NCBI RefSeq assembly: GCF_006345805.1
Contig: NC_043011.1
Location: 40,684,464-40,748,463, forward strand
DNA: 64,000 nt
Direction: 5' to 3'
Origin: Octopus sinensis
Lineage: Eukaryota
Position 1 is the first letter of the stretch; every line of letters begins with the position of its first letter. The notes below the pieces were generated by a model that saw nothing but the letters and a program-made list of their open reading frames with translations, was not told where the DNA came from and did no database searches. Positions 27,836 through 40,894 of the stretch are shown here, one piece after another. The position numbers and the translations under genes were made by a program.

Positions 27836-29099
27836 CATTGTGTACAATTAGCCATACTATGCTAACGAAGGTAAGGAGATTTTAGATCTCTAAACCAGAA
27901 CTATTTCTATAGTTAAAACTCTTTTGAAATGAGTAGATTTTCAGGTCATCAGTTGGATTGCGTCTCTAATTCCCAGATCCACGTTTTCCATGTTGTATCA
28001 TGTTTGATTCTATAAAATGATTGCGTTTATGGCGCACATGTCTTTGGAATAGTTAGCCACTTATACGCGACGAAAGAATGACTAGATCGAGCAATTGAAC
28101 GCTCATTATCGAAACTGACGGAAACCCATTTGAGCAGACATACATCATTGTAAGTTTGTATATATGATAAGACGATTGTATATTAAAAATTTGGTTTAAC
28201 TGCTTCATATTGACAGTTAGATATTCGCCTATAGAATAATATAGAATAACGCATTTATACACATAGACAAATCACGCACACGTGCACATGCTAACGCACA
28301 TCCACACACATAATATGCATACATACTTTCACATTCACTCACACACAAATATATAAATGTAAATATATATATATATATATATGCATATATATGTGTAGAT
28401 AGATATATATATATACTGTATACGTATCTATATAAATGTATATATATATACATATATGTATACATATATATATATGTATATGTATATATATGTATATGTG
28501 TATATATATATGTTTATATATGTGTGTGTGTGTATATATGTATATGTATGTGTATATATATGTGTGTGTATAAATGTAAATGTATATATATATATGCATA
28601 TATAAATGTACATATATGTTTGTATTTATATATGTAAATATATATATATACGTATAGATTTACATGTATGTATATATATATATATATATATAATTATGCA
28701 TATATGTTATATAAGATAATATATATAACTGTATACGTATCTATATAAATGTATATATAATATACATATATGTTAATATATATATATGTAATATGTATAT
28801 ATATGTATATGTGTATATATATAAATGTTTTATATGGTGTGTGTGTATATATGTATATGTATGTGTATATATAATGTGTGTGTAATAAATGAAATGTATA
28901 TATATATATGCATATATAAATGTACATATATGTTTGTATTTATATATGTAAATATATATATACGTATATTTTACATGTATGTATATATATATATATTATA
29001 TATATATATATGTATATGTGTATATATATGTTTGTGTAAATACATATATGTATATATATATTATAATGTATTTATATATATATAACATAAGAAATTAAA

Positions 29100-29350
29100 A
29101 AAGGAAAATACGCACATTTACATAGTTTTAATATAATTTTTAATATATCGTCCGGCTTCGCTATCGCTATTCATGATATTATGTTTTACTTATTTGAATA
29201 TATATTTTTTCTTAAGAAGAAAATTGGACCACATCTCTTCTTAAGAAAAAATATATTTTCAAATAAGTAAAACATAATATGAATAGCGATAGCGAAACCG
29301 GTCGATATATTAAGAAGTATATTAAAACTATGTAAGTGTGCGTATTTTCA
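29100..29350. repeat. Imperfect fold-back, ~120-bp arms with a 15-nt spacer
   Basis: Arms meet at 29220 and 29236. Confidence 0.92.
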
Positions 29351-29420
29351 TTTTTTAATTTCTTATATACATTAAACTCGCCACGTGGGGATAATCGAAA
29401 TTCCTCTTTTCTGTTACTAC

Positions 29421-29487
<67 letters not shown>

Positions 29488-30010
29488 TGTGTGCGGGGGT
29501 GTGGGACCATAATCCCATATCCCACAATCAATTTCTAGGCTCATAATAGTTTTCTTTTTATCAAAAAATTCTCCCAAATCGTCTGCATCTTTTCTTCAAC
29601 TTAAGTTGTGTTCACTCGTTCCAGTCTCTAAGTCTCTATCTACAATTCATAATTCTCTGGGTACCATATTTATTAGATTTGTAATATATCAATGTAAACT
29701 AATATATTATTTACAAATATTTTGCAGCACCAGAAACTGGACGTAATGTCGTTTGGTCCACGTTGAAGTGACAAAGATGGTGATGATGATAATAATAATG
29801 ATGATGATGATGATGATGACGAGAAGGAGGAGTGAGAGGAGGAGAAAGAAGACGAGGAAGAAGTCAGTGCTATGACATGCATTTTATTGGCAGCAGCAGT
29901 ACCACTGAACATGACGCCATTTTGTATTTTTTCAGCTTGGCGATTCAGCTGACAATAACAGCATCGCAATATCTACTTCGTAAAAAGTAACACCCACCTG
30001 CACACATCTG

Positions 30011-30085
<75 letters not shown>

Positions 30086-30235
30086 TAGAATATTAAATTT
30101 CTAAATATCCCAGAGAGATATACCAGTGGTGGAATGATAGAGCAGTATACAACGATAGTTGTATACTGTCAACTTAAGGTGACAGTCCCATAAAGGGAAT
30201 CACACACAAACACACACAAACACACACACACACAT

Positions 30236-30272
<37 letters not shown>

Positions 30273-30368
30273 CTATATATATATATATATATATTATAGA
30301 TATATATATATATATATATATGTTTTCAAAGTCTAGGCAGGTATCTTTCAGCTAGCAGGCCATGGTAC

Positions 30369-30410
30369 GCTAGACTGATGACGAGCAAGTCTCAGAAATA
30401 TGTCTCTGGC
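30369..30410 (+). ncRNA. Type I hammerhead-like motif
   Basis: GCUAGA-CUGAUGA-CGAG caagu CUCA-GAAA-UAUG-UC-UCUGGC. 6-bp stem I plus distal helix CAGCTAG/CTAGCTG; two apparent C/T decay changes. Confidence 0.6.
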
Positions 30411-30572
30411 TGCAGGCCTAGCTGTTGGGGGTGCTTGTCTCCCCCTGGTAAACATAAAGACACAGGAAATGTGTCAAGGCCGATAGGAAGCGTTAATGCT
30501 TCCTAGGGCTAAATAGTGGTGGTGTGATTCCCTTTATGGGATTGTCACGTTAGGTTGACAGTATACAACTGC

Positions 30573-30607
<35 letters not shown>

Positions 30608-31251
30608 ATTTATGTATGTATGTATGTATGTGTGTGCATGTGTATGTGTGTATATATATATATATATTCTCTCCCACCTATCCCTATTCTTCTCCTCTCC
30701 CCTTCACCGTTCCTTTCCTCTCAATGCTCTTCCTCGACTCTCTCGTCAGTGACAGGTAATGAGAGGGAAGCCATCATTCCGACTACTACCTTCACAAAGA
30801 CTAAACGGGCATATACTGTCTTTTCATAAGCTCGTCTCCTTAAACGTTCAGAATAATTTTCCATCGTCTTGGCTTAACAACCCTCATCGTTTGTTTTTAC
30901 TGTTTTGTTCTCACTGTCTTGTTCTTGTTACCACTTTCACCCTCCGCAAAAGATCCCAAATTTTATTTAATTTGCTTTGAGGGAAGGAGAGTTTCACAGA
31001 AGTCGCGTCTTGCCCTTACCTTCGAAACGCAGAGTAGATGAAGCAGGGACAACTGTAGAAGGGGAATATTCTATATGTTGTATGTCTCGTTTCTCTATTT
31101 TTTCGTTGTTTGAAAAAAGTTTGTTTCCATGTTTTTGTTTTTATGTTTTCATTTCTCATTGTGTTCAACGTTTTGTTTTGATATACTGTACCCATTATGC
31201 ATGTATATACATACATATATAAGTATGTAGATATATGTATGTATATAATGC

Positions 31252-31327
<76 letters not shown>

Positions 31328-31331
<4 letters not shown>

Positions 31332-32092
31332 CAATAATAAATCTCGGAACGAGGTATAAACAGTAGATGCACGACAATGTATATTTATCGCTTAAATGTG
31401 GCTAACCACTAAAGGTGGATGCTACTGTAGATTGTAGCCCCAGTAGAACATCTTCTTCGGCTAGCTATTAACACACTTTCTGTGCCCTATCAGTATTTGC
31501 AAAGGGAAGCCATCCTTCCCATCGTCGAACTGACATATTACGCACGGACCCGGGTTTCTGGGTAATTACCCGTCGTTAGCGCACGACAATCACCAGTCTT
31601 CGATGCGAAAGGGTCCCAATGCAAATACATATATTCTTTTTCCAGTGACGAAAAGTCACTGATCTCGAAAAAGTGTAAACAAGCAACAATAAATCTCTGA
31701 ACAAGGCATAAACAGTAGCTGCATGACTATGTGAAGTATATTTGCCACATAAATGTGGCTAACCACTAAGGGTGGATAATACTGTAGCTTGTAGCACTAG
31801 GACATCTTCTCCAGCTGGCTATTGACACACTTTCTGCGCGCTATAAGTTTTTGCAAAGTGAAGGCATCCTTCCCATCGTCGACCTGACGTGATACGCACG
31901 TGGCAAATATACTTCACATTGTCGTGTAGCTACCGTTTGCACCTCGTTCAGAGATTTATTATTGCTTGTTTACATTTCTTCGAGATCAGTGACTTTTCGT
32001 CACAGGAAAAAAAAATGCATTTGCATTGGGACCCCTTCGCATCGAAGACCGATGATTGACGAAGGGTAAATATCCAGAAACCCGGGTCCGTG
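31328..32092. repeat. Direct repeat plus inverted repeat unit
   Basis: 31328-31548 matches 31681-31900 directly; 31545-31746 is inverted at 31901-32092. Confidence 0.88.
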
Positions 32093-32380
32093 TTGACAAT
32101 ATTTGCCGTAGTAAAAAGATCTATCTACGCAAAGCATCGTGTCTACACCAGATTATACTTGCAAGGTTAAATACATTGCAATATACTTTACAACCGTTAC
32201 ATTATCACACACACACACACACCACACACACACGCACACACACACACACATACACACACACACTCACACATTATCTTGTATATATACATATATAAATTAA
32301 CTAGTTTATTAACTGAGGTTTAACTTCCAAATGTATGTACGCATGTACGCATATATTTATGTATGTATGTACGTATATAA

Positions 32381-32463
<83 letters not shown>

Positions 32464-33364
32464 GTATATTTGGCACTTAAATGTGGCAAACAACGGTTCA
32501 AATAACATGAAATACGTAAACAACGAGAAAATAGAAAACACAGAGAGAGAACCCTTCATCGGTTGTCGGCTGTCATCAAAATGTGGAGTAGATAGACAGC
32601 CGACAACTGATGAAGGGTGTTTTCACTGTGTTTACTTGTCTCTGTTTTCTATATTTTCTTGTTGTTTACGTATTCAACTCGTTTGTTTACGTATTTCCTG
32701 TTGTTTGAACCGTTGGTGACGTCCCGTACCCATATATGTATTCATGTATATATCTATATATATATATATATTATTTGCTATTTGTTATTTCATTGAACGC
32801 CACCCATCGATTTCCAAGTAAGTTTATATATATATATTTAGCTCATAGATGAGATTCAGATATTCTCCGTAGAGAATAAATTTTCTAATGCTCAAGAGAT
32901 TTAAACTTGAGCGGGTATGGAAGTAAATGTAGGGATGAGCAAATAAGACAGATCAGTATATAAGGTATATTAAATGCATGAAATACATATAATGTATATA
33001 TATATACACATAAAAAGATCCAACTTACACAGAATACAAATGATATAAAGAATTAGAAATCCTTTACGCTAGAAAGAACAGCTAAAGAGGTTTGGACTAT
33101 AGCTGTTATTTCTAGCGTAAAGGATTCCTGTAATGGAAACCTCTTAACGTGTTTAAATGCACACTGTATTATATATATATATAATATATATCTATATATT
33201 TATATATACAACACACCCACACCACACACACATATATATATATATATATTATATATATATATATATATATTTGACAGGCTTCTTACAGTTTCCGTCCACC
33301 AAATCCACTCATAAGGCTTTGATCAGCCCGTGGCTATTGTGGACGACACTTGCTCAATAGCAAG

Positions 33365-34200
33365 TATTTTCTGAATGTCTTCAATATGTCTATGAACACA
33401 GTGCAAAATTGTTTGAAAAAGTTGAGTCAGATATTTTGTACAGCGTCTCCATGTCCTTGAGAAATTTGGTTAGAGGAAATTTCACTCGCTGAAATATTAA
33501 AGAACTCGAAATCAAGGTCGTTTATATAACATGGAAGTGACTGTGATTAAATACCTAAATTCTTTTTTCAAGTCTTTCAAATTGTGGGTGTAAATTTCTT
33601 GTAATAGTACGCAATGGAAATGCTGAAGATTTCAGCCAAGTGTTTTATAGAAACATCAATTAATGTATTCAGATACACGTATCGGAGGCCTCATGAATGC
33701 ATGATAAAGATCATTAGTTGCGTTTGGCTATATTGCATTATTCTCTTACATATAATATTTATTGTAACAAGAAGACGCCATTTCATGGTGTAATTTTAAT
33801 GCATCCCAATGGCAAGGTATTCTTTAAATGCAGTTACTTCCCGCTAACCGTTTTATAGTTGAAAGGGCAAGTGTTTTCAACGGTTCCTCACTATTGTTGA
33901 TTAATTTATATATTTCCAGAATATTCTCTTCACACCATTATCTCCGGAAAAAAAGAGTCAATGTTTGGAGGTAATTTCTTCAGCAGCATGCGAACGTGCT
34001 GAACAGTGAGAGTGGAAACTGCATTATATGAGAATGAAGTTTGGATCATCTAATTTCATTATGGTGTACATAGAATTATTAATGCTACCCAGCGGTGAAG
34101 ATCTGTTTGCCATATCAACAAAACAGGTTTTAATATTAATTCCCGCATCACCCTTGAATGTTTTTAAGACTTGATGCAACACTTCAGAATTAGACTTTGT
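33365..34200 (-). mobile_element. Decayed hAT-like transposase fragment
   Basis: LDDPNFILI*CSFHSH and LALSTIKRLAGSNCI*RIPCHWDALKLH resemble the hAT C..H.L.L and TRW...L..W.AL motifs. Confidence 0.55.
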
Positions 34201-34355
34201 TATTAGAATTAACCCTAGAAATTGATAAAATAATTGTTTTTCTCTTTTATTTCAGTATCGCACACAGCTGCCTTTTCATAAGCAATATTAGCTGACTAGT
34301 TTAAGGCGGTGAGTTGTCAGAATCGTTAGCACACCGGGCAAAATGGTTAGCGACG

Positions 34356-34670
34356 TTTGGCCTTTAAGTCGAACAAATCGACCCGAGGACTTATTCTTTG
34401 TCTCTTTGCCAAACCGTTACGGGACATAAGCACATCAACATCGGTTGTCAAGCGACGGTGGTGGTGGGGAGGACAAATACAGACACACAAACGTATACAT
34501 ATATCTATATATATATATATTTATGTATACGACGAGCTTCTTTCAGTTTCTATCTACCAAATCCACTCACAAGGTTTTGGTCGGGCCGAAGCTATAGTAC
34601 AAGACACTTGTCCAAAGTGCCAGTCAGTAGGACTGAACCCAGAACCATATGGTTGAGAAGCAAGTTGATG
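34356..34670 (-). mobile_element. SINE A fused to a family B head (34305-34355, +)
   Basis: Motif match. Confidence 0.8.
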
Positions 34671-34887
34671 GGATTTACCTCTCTGTCTATATACCTACCC
34701 TCTTTGTAATGTTGGCAAATGGAATAAGTGTAAAAATTAATCTTGTCAATTTAACTAAAAAATTACATATGCAGCTGAAGATTGCACTACATTTTAAAAC
34801 TGATGTAATACTTGCATTGTTTAATTAAATGAAGTCGCATGAACCGATTGTACTGCACTACCTTTGGATATCCTGTTGCTTATTTTG

Positions 34888-34952
<65 letters not shown>

Positions 34953-34960
34953 TTATATAG

Positions 34961-35152
34961 TTGAGATGTGTTCTTTTAAGAACGTATAAGTGTACAAATA
35001 CAGCTCGTTCACCCTTAGAATGTGACCTTTGCCTTGAGGAAGCCCTGTGTATTTTACTGAGTAATGAAAATCTACTGAATAAACATGATGAGAAAATTCC
35101 AAGATGTAACCACCGTGCCAAATATACATTTTCCAGATGGAACAGTGTATAA
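34961..35152 (+). mobile_element. PLE (Naiad-like) GIY-YIG endonuclease C-terminal remnant
   Basis: ECDLCLEEALCILLSNENLLNKHDEKIPRCNHRAKYTF fits the C.LCL.E..I....LLN..E...C.H signature. Confidence 0.8.
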
Positions 35153-35389
35153 ATTATAATTATCATTATCCTATCTCGCTAAACCCATTTTTTACCCCCT
35201 TCACGTATGTATAGGAGAGGGTATTCATGATGAAGCGTTCAGCGATATAACTATGTATATATAACTATGTACCTGGAAATGAGTAGATAAATGTATACGT
35301 GCCTATGTATAGATGTGAATGTGTTTATTGATATGTAGGTGAGTATATGTATGCGTCTGTGATTCTGAATATATGTACATATATATTTC

Positions 35390-35609
35390 TTTACTACCCA
35401 CAAGGGGCTAAACACAGAGGGGACAAACAAGGACAGACAAAGCGATTAAGTCGATTCCATCGACTCCAGTGCGTAACTTAATTTATCGACCCCGAAAGGA
35501 TGAAAGGCAAAGTCGACCTCGGCGGAATTTGAACTCAGAACGTAACAGCAGACGAAATACGGCTATGCATTTCGCCCGGCGTGCTACCGTTTCTGCCAGC
35601 TCGCTGCCT
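35390..35609 (-). mobile_element. SINE B inserted in a PLE pseudo-LTR
   Basis: Full-length match. Confidence 0.9.
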
Positions 35610-35993
35610 TCGTAAAAATATATGTACATATATGTTATATATATATGCATGTATGTGTGTACGTGTCTGCGTGTGAGTGTATATGTGTCTGTGTGTATGT
35701 GTGTATGTATGGAAGCACTCAGTGATGTACGGTATATCGATGTGTAAGTGATTGTATAAGTATGAGCTAATGGATGAGTGCATTTTGCGTGATGGTACAG
35801 TTTGGCATGTGTAGAATAACATGTTGAAACTGAATAAATAAACAGACACCGTGTACATTGCTGCTCATGTCGAACGTGATAACACACTCATACCGAGCGA
35901 ATTGAAACTGTCAGCGTTTGTTAGTTTCAAAGAAGCTGCCATGGATATTTTAGCATCGAATTATAAATTTTCTTACGGACACAGCAACTGAGT

Positions 35994-36108
35994 ATCGCCT
36001 GAGGAGATACATATAATACTTCTTATACAGGTAAATCGCTAAATAATTTAATTTAAACTTAACTTTAAATATACGAGGATCTGTATGTATCGAAACATTT
36101 GTAGCGAT
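35994..36108 (+). ncRNA. Canonical type I hammerhead ribozyme downstream of the PLE endonuclease remnant
   Basis: AUCGC-CUGAGGA-GAUAC...GUAUC-GAAA-C-AUUU-G-UA-GCGAU. 5-bp stem I, ~10-bp proximal stem II, intact core, cleavage after A36103. Confidence 0.85.
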
Positions 36109-36230
36109 TAAAAAGATGCCTAACCGTACATACTCTTCCTTTTGACTCTTACTTTTTACTTTATATATACATACATACATACACACACTCACACACACAC
36201 CACACACACATATATATATATGTATATATG

Positions 36231-36306
<76 letters not shown>

Positions 36307-36322
36307 TATATATATATACTTT

Positions 36323-36485
36323 ATTTAAAGCAGCAGAAAATTCAACAAAATCTGTTACTCTGAGTTTCTCGTTGCCGTTCATCAGACAGTTTTTGCTAGA
36401 AAAACTGTCTAGCAAAAACTGTCTGATGAACGGTAACGAGAAACTCACAGTAACAGATTTTGTTGAATTTTCTGCTGCTTTAAAT
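36323..36485. repeat. Near-perfect palindrome, 78-bp arms with a 7-nt spacer
   Basis: 36323-36400 vs 36408-36485, two differences. Confidence 0.97.
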
Positions 36486-36559
36486 ATAGCATATTACTCT
36501 ACCACTGGTATTTGAGTAATCTTTTTTTCCACCTTGTTTCACATTTATGTGTTTACTCC

Positions 36560-36596
<37 letters not shown>

Positions 36597-37154
36597 ATAT
36601 ATATATAATTCTATATATTATATATATCATATACTATATTATAATATATATATCTATTATTATTATTATTATATATTATTATCATACATATATATATATA
36701 TGTATATAATACATATAAGGAAGTATAGCTCCAAACTAATCTCTAATTCATATTTTTTATATGTATATATATATATAAATATATATATATATATTTATAT
36801 ATATCGCATACAGTGTATTATTGGTCGTTAATTGTTACATTTACAATATTTATAATTTTCTGCGCCTTATAATTCTATACTTTAGATATTTCCCTGTAAA
36901 TCTGCAGTAATTTACAGGTTTCAACATTGCGTATGTAAGGTTACCTGGGCGGTTTTCTGTGTATATGTGTGTGTTTCTGTGTATTTATATCTGTGTTATG
37001 TGCTTGTATATGTATATGTCTGAGTACGTTGCATATGTGTGCAGAAGGTTTTGAGTTGTTTATGAATACGTTGCGCTTCTGTCCGTATCTGTGTGAGTGT
37101 GCTAGTGTATATTGGAATGTGTGTTAATTTGCATAACCTTGCATGCGTGTACGC

Positions 37155-37188
<34 letters not shown>

Positions 37189-37739
37189 CAGTGTGTGGCA
37201 GTGTGTATGTGGCAGTGTGTGGCAGTGTGTATGTGTCTGTTTAGGCTCGTTTGTGCGTATTTGTAAATATGTGTAAATGTTTTTATATGTTTAAAGTTGA
37301 AGTAGTAGTGAAAATTTATATAGGCATGTGCGTTCGTCCGCCTGCGTGTATTTCTGACTTATATTTTTATGTACATGTGTTTCTTTGTATATAATGTATG
37401 TCTTTATACTTTCTTAGTGTTCGTGTGTATTCGAGTTTTTCGTATCGGCGGTTGATTGGTTTATCCTACCAAGTCACGTGGTCTATCTGTATGCTGAGCG
37501 GATTGTAAGTAAAAAATGGAAGAAACAGAAACATTTTCATGTTTATTTGTTTGTTCATTAGTTATTTTTGTTTTCCTATCTCTGTAAGAAATTTAGTTTC
37601 TCTGTTGATATTGCCCAAAGGAAAATATATTTTGGATAAAACATCTGCTTTTAGATAATTCCAGATTAGAACTCCCGAAACGAAATTTATATATAGTATT
37701 TTCTAAAATAGTAGTTTCTTAAAATTTCTATGAGAAAAA

Positions 37740-38165
37740 AAATGTGTGGTAAGGAGTTTGTTTCTTAACCACATAGTCCCGGGTTCAGTCCCACTGCATT
37801 GCACCCAGGGCGAATGCCTTCTATTATGGCCGCGAGGTGACCAAAGCCTTGTGAGTGGATTTGGTAGACGGAAACAGAAAGAAACCCATTCTATCCGTAC
37901 ATATATATGTGTGTGCGTTTTGTGTGTTTTGTGTATATATGTGTGTGTGTGTTTGTGTTTGTCCTCCACCACCACTTGACAGCTGGTGTTGGTGTGATTA
38001 CGTGGTCGTAACCTAGTGGTTCGACAAAAGAGACAGATAGAATAAGTACCAGGCTTTAACAAAAAATAATTAGTACTGTGGCCGATTTGTTCGACCAAAA
38101 TTCTCTTCATGGTGGTGCCCCAGCATGGCCGCAGTCTAACGACTGAAAGAAGTTGAAGATATAAC
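37740..38165 (+). mobile_element. SINE A (diverged)
   Basis: Motif match. Confidence 0.85.
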
Positions 38166-40248
38166 AAATATGTTATTTAAAATGTGGACTATCTTCTCTC
38201 TTGTTAAGAAACTTCGTAAAATGTTGACTTTAGCTTAATTAATTTGTACCTCGAGTTATGCCGTGTTGACGTTTCTAAAGGTAGATGAATAAGTACTATA
38301 CACAGCTACAAGCAGGGCGAACCTCAGGAGGTGCGGTGCCCAATTGGGAACAATTTTGGTGGGCCCCAGGTTCCCAGTCAATTTGCACTAAGGTCTATAG
38401 AATGATAAGAAATATAAAAATCATAAAAAATATAAAAATCTAGCCGTTGATACTACACTACCGAGTGGTGTCACGTAAAAGTACTCAGACCTCGCTGTAA
38501 AGCGATGGCGTTAGGAAAGGCATCCAGCCGTTAAAACCATGCTCCCGTGCGGCGACACGTAAAAATACTCAGTCCACAAGCAATGAAAGATTTTAAGAAA
38601 TTTATTTTATTTTATGAGAGAAAAATGATGTAAAGTTGTACATACATGTTCTTTAACATAAATTTATTTAATCTAGAAAAGATTCTTTCCCTTTTGATGG
38701 TAAAACACCAGAAGGAAACCAAAGAAAAATTAATGAGTGCTTGAGGAAGTTTCGATGGTTCACTTTTCACATTTTTGTATGCAATTCTTACTTTATATTG
38801 TATTGTAAAGAATCACTACAGCGGCTTAGCTAGAGTATGTGATATCCGATGCAGCCCTTTAGTTTTCAGTTGCACTCAGCCCCACTGTACCCCACTCCGC
38901 CTCATACCCCCAATTTGGATTACCCAAAAGTGCCCTCCACCCCATAAAATTGTCCTCATCCAGGCAAGGCTACTGCCTGTTAAGGTTTACAGTGCCTACA
39001 GTACAGTTCACACATTTCAATTTAAGGCGGAGGTGATTTGGTTGAATCTTGGAGAGTTGGATTGAAAGCCTTGCAGCATTATCAGTGAATCTCTACGCCC
39101 TGAGTTCAACTCTTACCAAGGTCAATCTTTTCATTTCGAAGTCGATAAATGAAATACTAATCCAGTATTAGAGTATATTTACATTCTTCTCTCTCTCTCT
39201 CTCTCTCCCGAATTCTCCATCCCCTGAAATCTCTCATACCCTCCTTTCTCTCTCCTTTTCTTGTTGGAGGAAGTCTACCACATTCAGATCTGGAGAGGCA
39301 TGGTCTCCTCCAGGTTTAAAACGGCGCAAGCAGATCTTCATTTCACCACAATGCGACAATGCCTCCCTCAAAACATGAAGTATCACTGAGGGAGAGAGGG
39401 AGGGATGGATGGATGGATGGATGCCAAATTTCATGTTACTAGAGGCAAATATACTAGAAACCGATAAAAATTTCAATCTAAATAACAAGGCATACTTCTT
39501 ATCAAAAGACTTAAACCAGAAAACGTATAAATGGATACAGTGAAGAATTTGTTTCTATACTAGATGCGTGTTTTGCAGCAACATTCTACATAAAAGTTCT
39601 GTCAGCGGAAAGTCAATCGTGAAGAGAATACAACGTCGGTCTAAAAACTAAATTTTGGTTCCCATAAATTGCTAATTTAAAATCAATTACTAATATCAGA
39701 CGAAGAAAAGCTTTTCTAAGAAAGAATACAAAATTAAAATTTAAAGAAGGGCAATAAAATGTAACAATGCTAATAAAATTATTAAGGTTATAAATTTTGA
39801 GCACGCTACCTATACAGCACATATATTACGAAATCTTCTCTTAGAGCAAATAGCATGCACTAGGCACTGCACGTATATTAAATAGTGTACTCACAACATT
39901 CAAGCTACAGGGAATTGCACACATTAGTTTGTCGAATAAATTCATTGTTTTTCTATGTAATTTAATTGCTTTCAATGTTATTTGAATACGAAAATTATTT
40001 TCGTCGTAGTGTTTTACGTTCAGTTTTTTTTTTTGTCTTTTGCTGCTTAAATTTCTCCGCCTCCCACATCTCTTATTCATCGTTCGTGGAAATTTGAATA
40101 AGTTTTATTTCTTTTTCAAACAAGTGAGGGCCAAACAGGAAACAAAAATCTAAACGAATTTGTATTTGTCAAGCGACCCAATAGATTAACCGAACAAACT
40201 CTGTAATTAGCGATGGCACACAGAAAACTGTGTTCGATTGTACAACAA

Positions 40249-40348
40249 NNNNNNNNNNNNNNNNNNNNNNNNNNNNNNNNNNNNNNNNNNNNNNNNNNNN
40301 NNNNNNNNNNNNNNNNNNNNNNNNNNNNNNNNNNNNNNNNNNNNNNNN
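40249..40348. other. Assembly gap (100 N)
   Basis: Run of exactly 100 N. Confidence 0.99.
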
Positions 40349-40577
40349 TTTAACACCAATCTATTTTATCGTTGTATTTCACTTTCCTTACGTTAAATGT
40401 ATGTTGATTCTAGTTGGAAACAAATCTTCTGTGGTTGCTTCGGAGCTATTTTTAGCACTAGAGTATCCACATAGTGGATAACTCTCTATAATTTATGTAT
40501 ATATGTAAATTATATATGTATATATATATATATATTATATATATCTATGTAAATATATATATGTATATATTATTGTA

Positions 40578-40645
<68 letters not shown>

Positions 40646-40701
40646 AATATATATATGTATATATATATATATATATAGATGTATATATATATATGTATAT
40701 A

Positions 40702-40734
<33 letters not shown>

Positions 40735-40861
40735 GTAAATATATGTAAATATGTATATATATATATATATTAATATATGTAATTATATAATATATATATT
40801 ATATATATGTATGTATATATATATATAATATATATGTATATATACATATTATATATATATG

Positions 40862-40894
<33 letters not shown>

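Noticed and set aside
39270-39310. SPDLN..D peptide suggesting another Tc1-family remnant
   Set aside because: Single short motif with no supporting flanks.
39616-39716. cttag|A AAA GCT as the missing TM6 exon
   Set aside because: The phase fits, but the peptide KAFLRLILVIDFKLAIYG lacks PLLG and the frame has no suitable donor before a stop.
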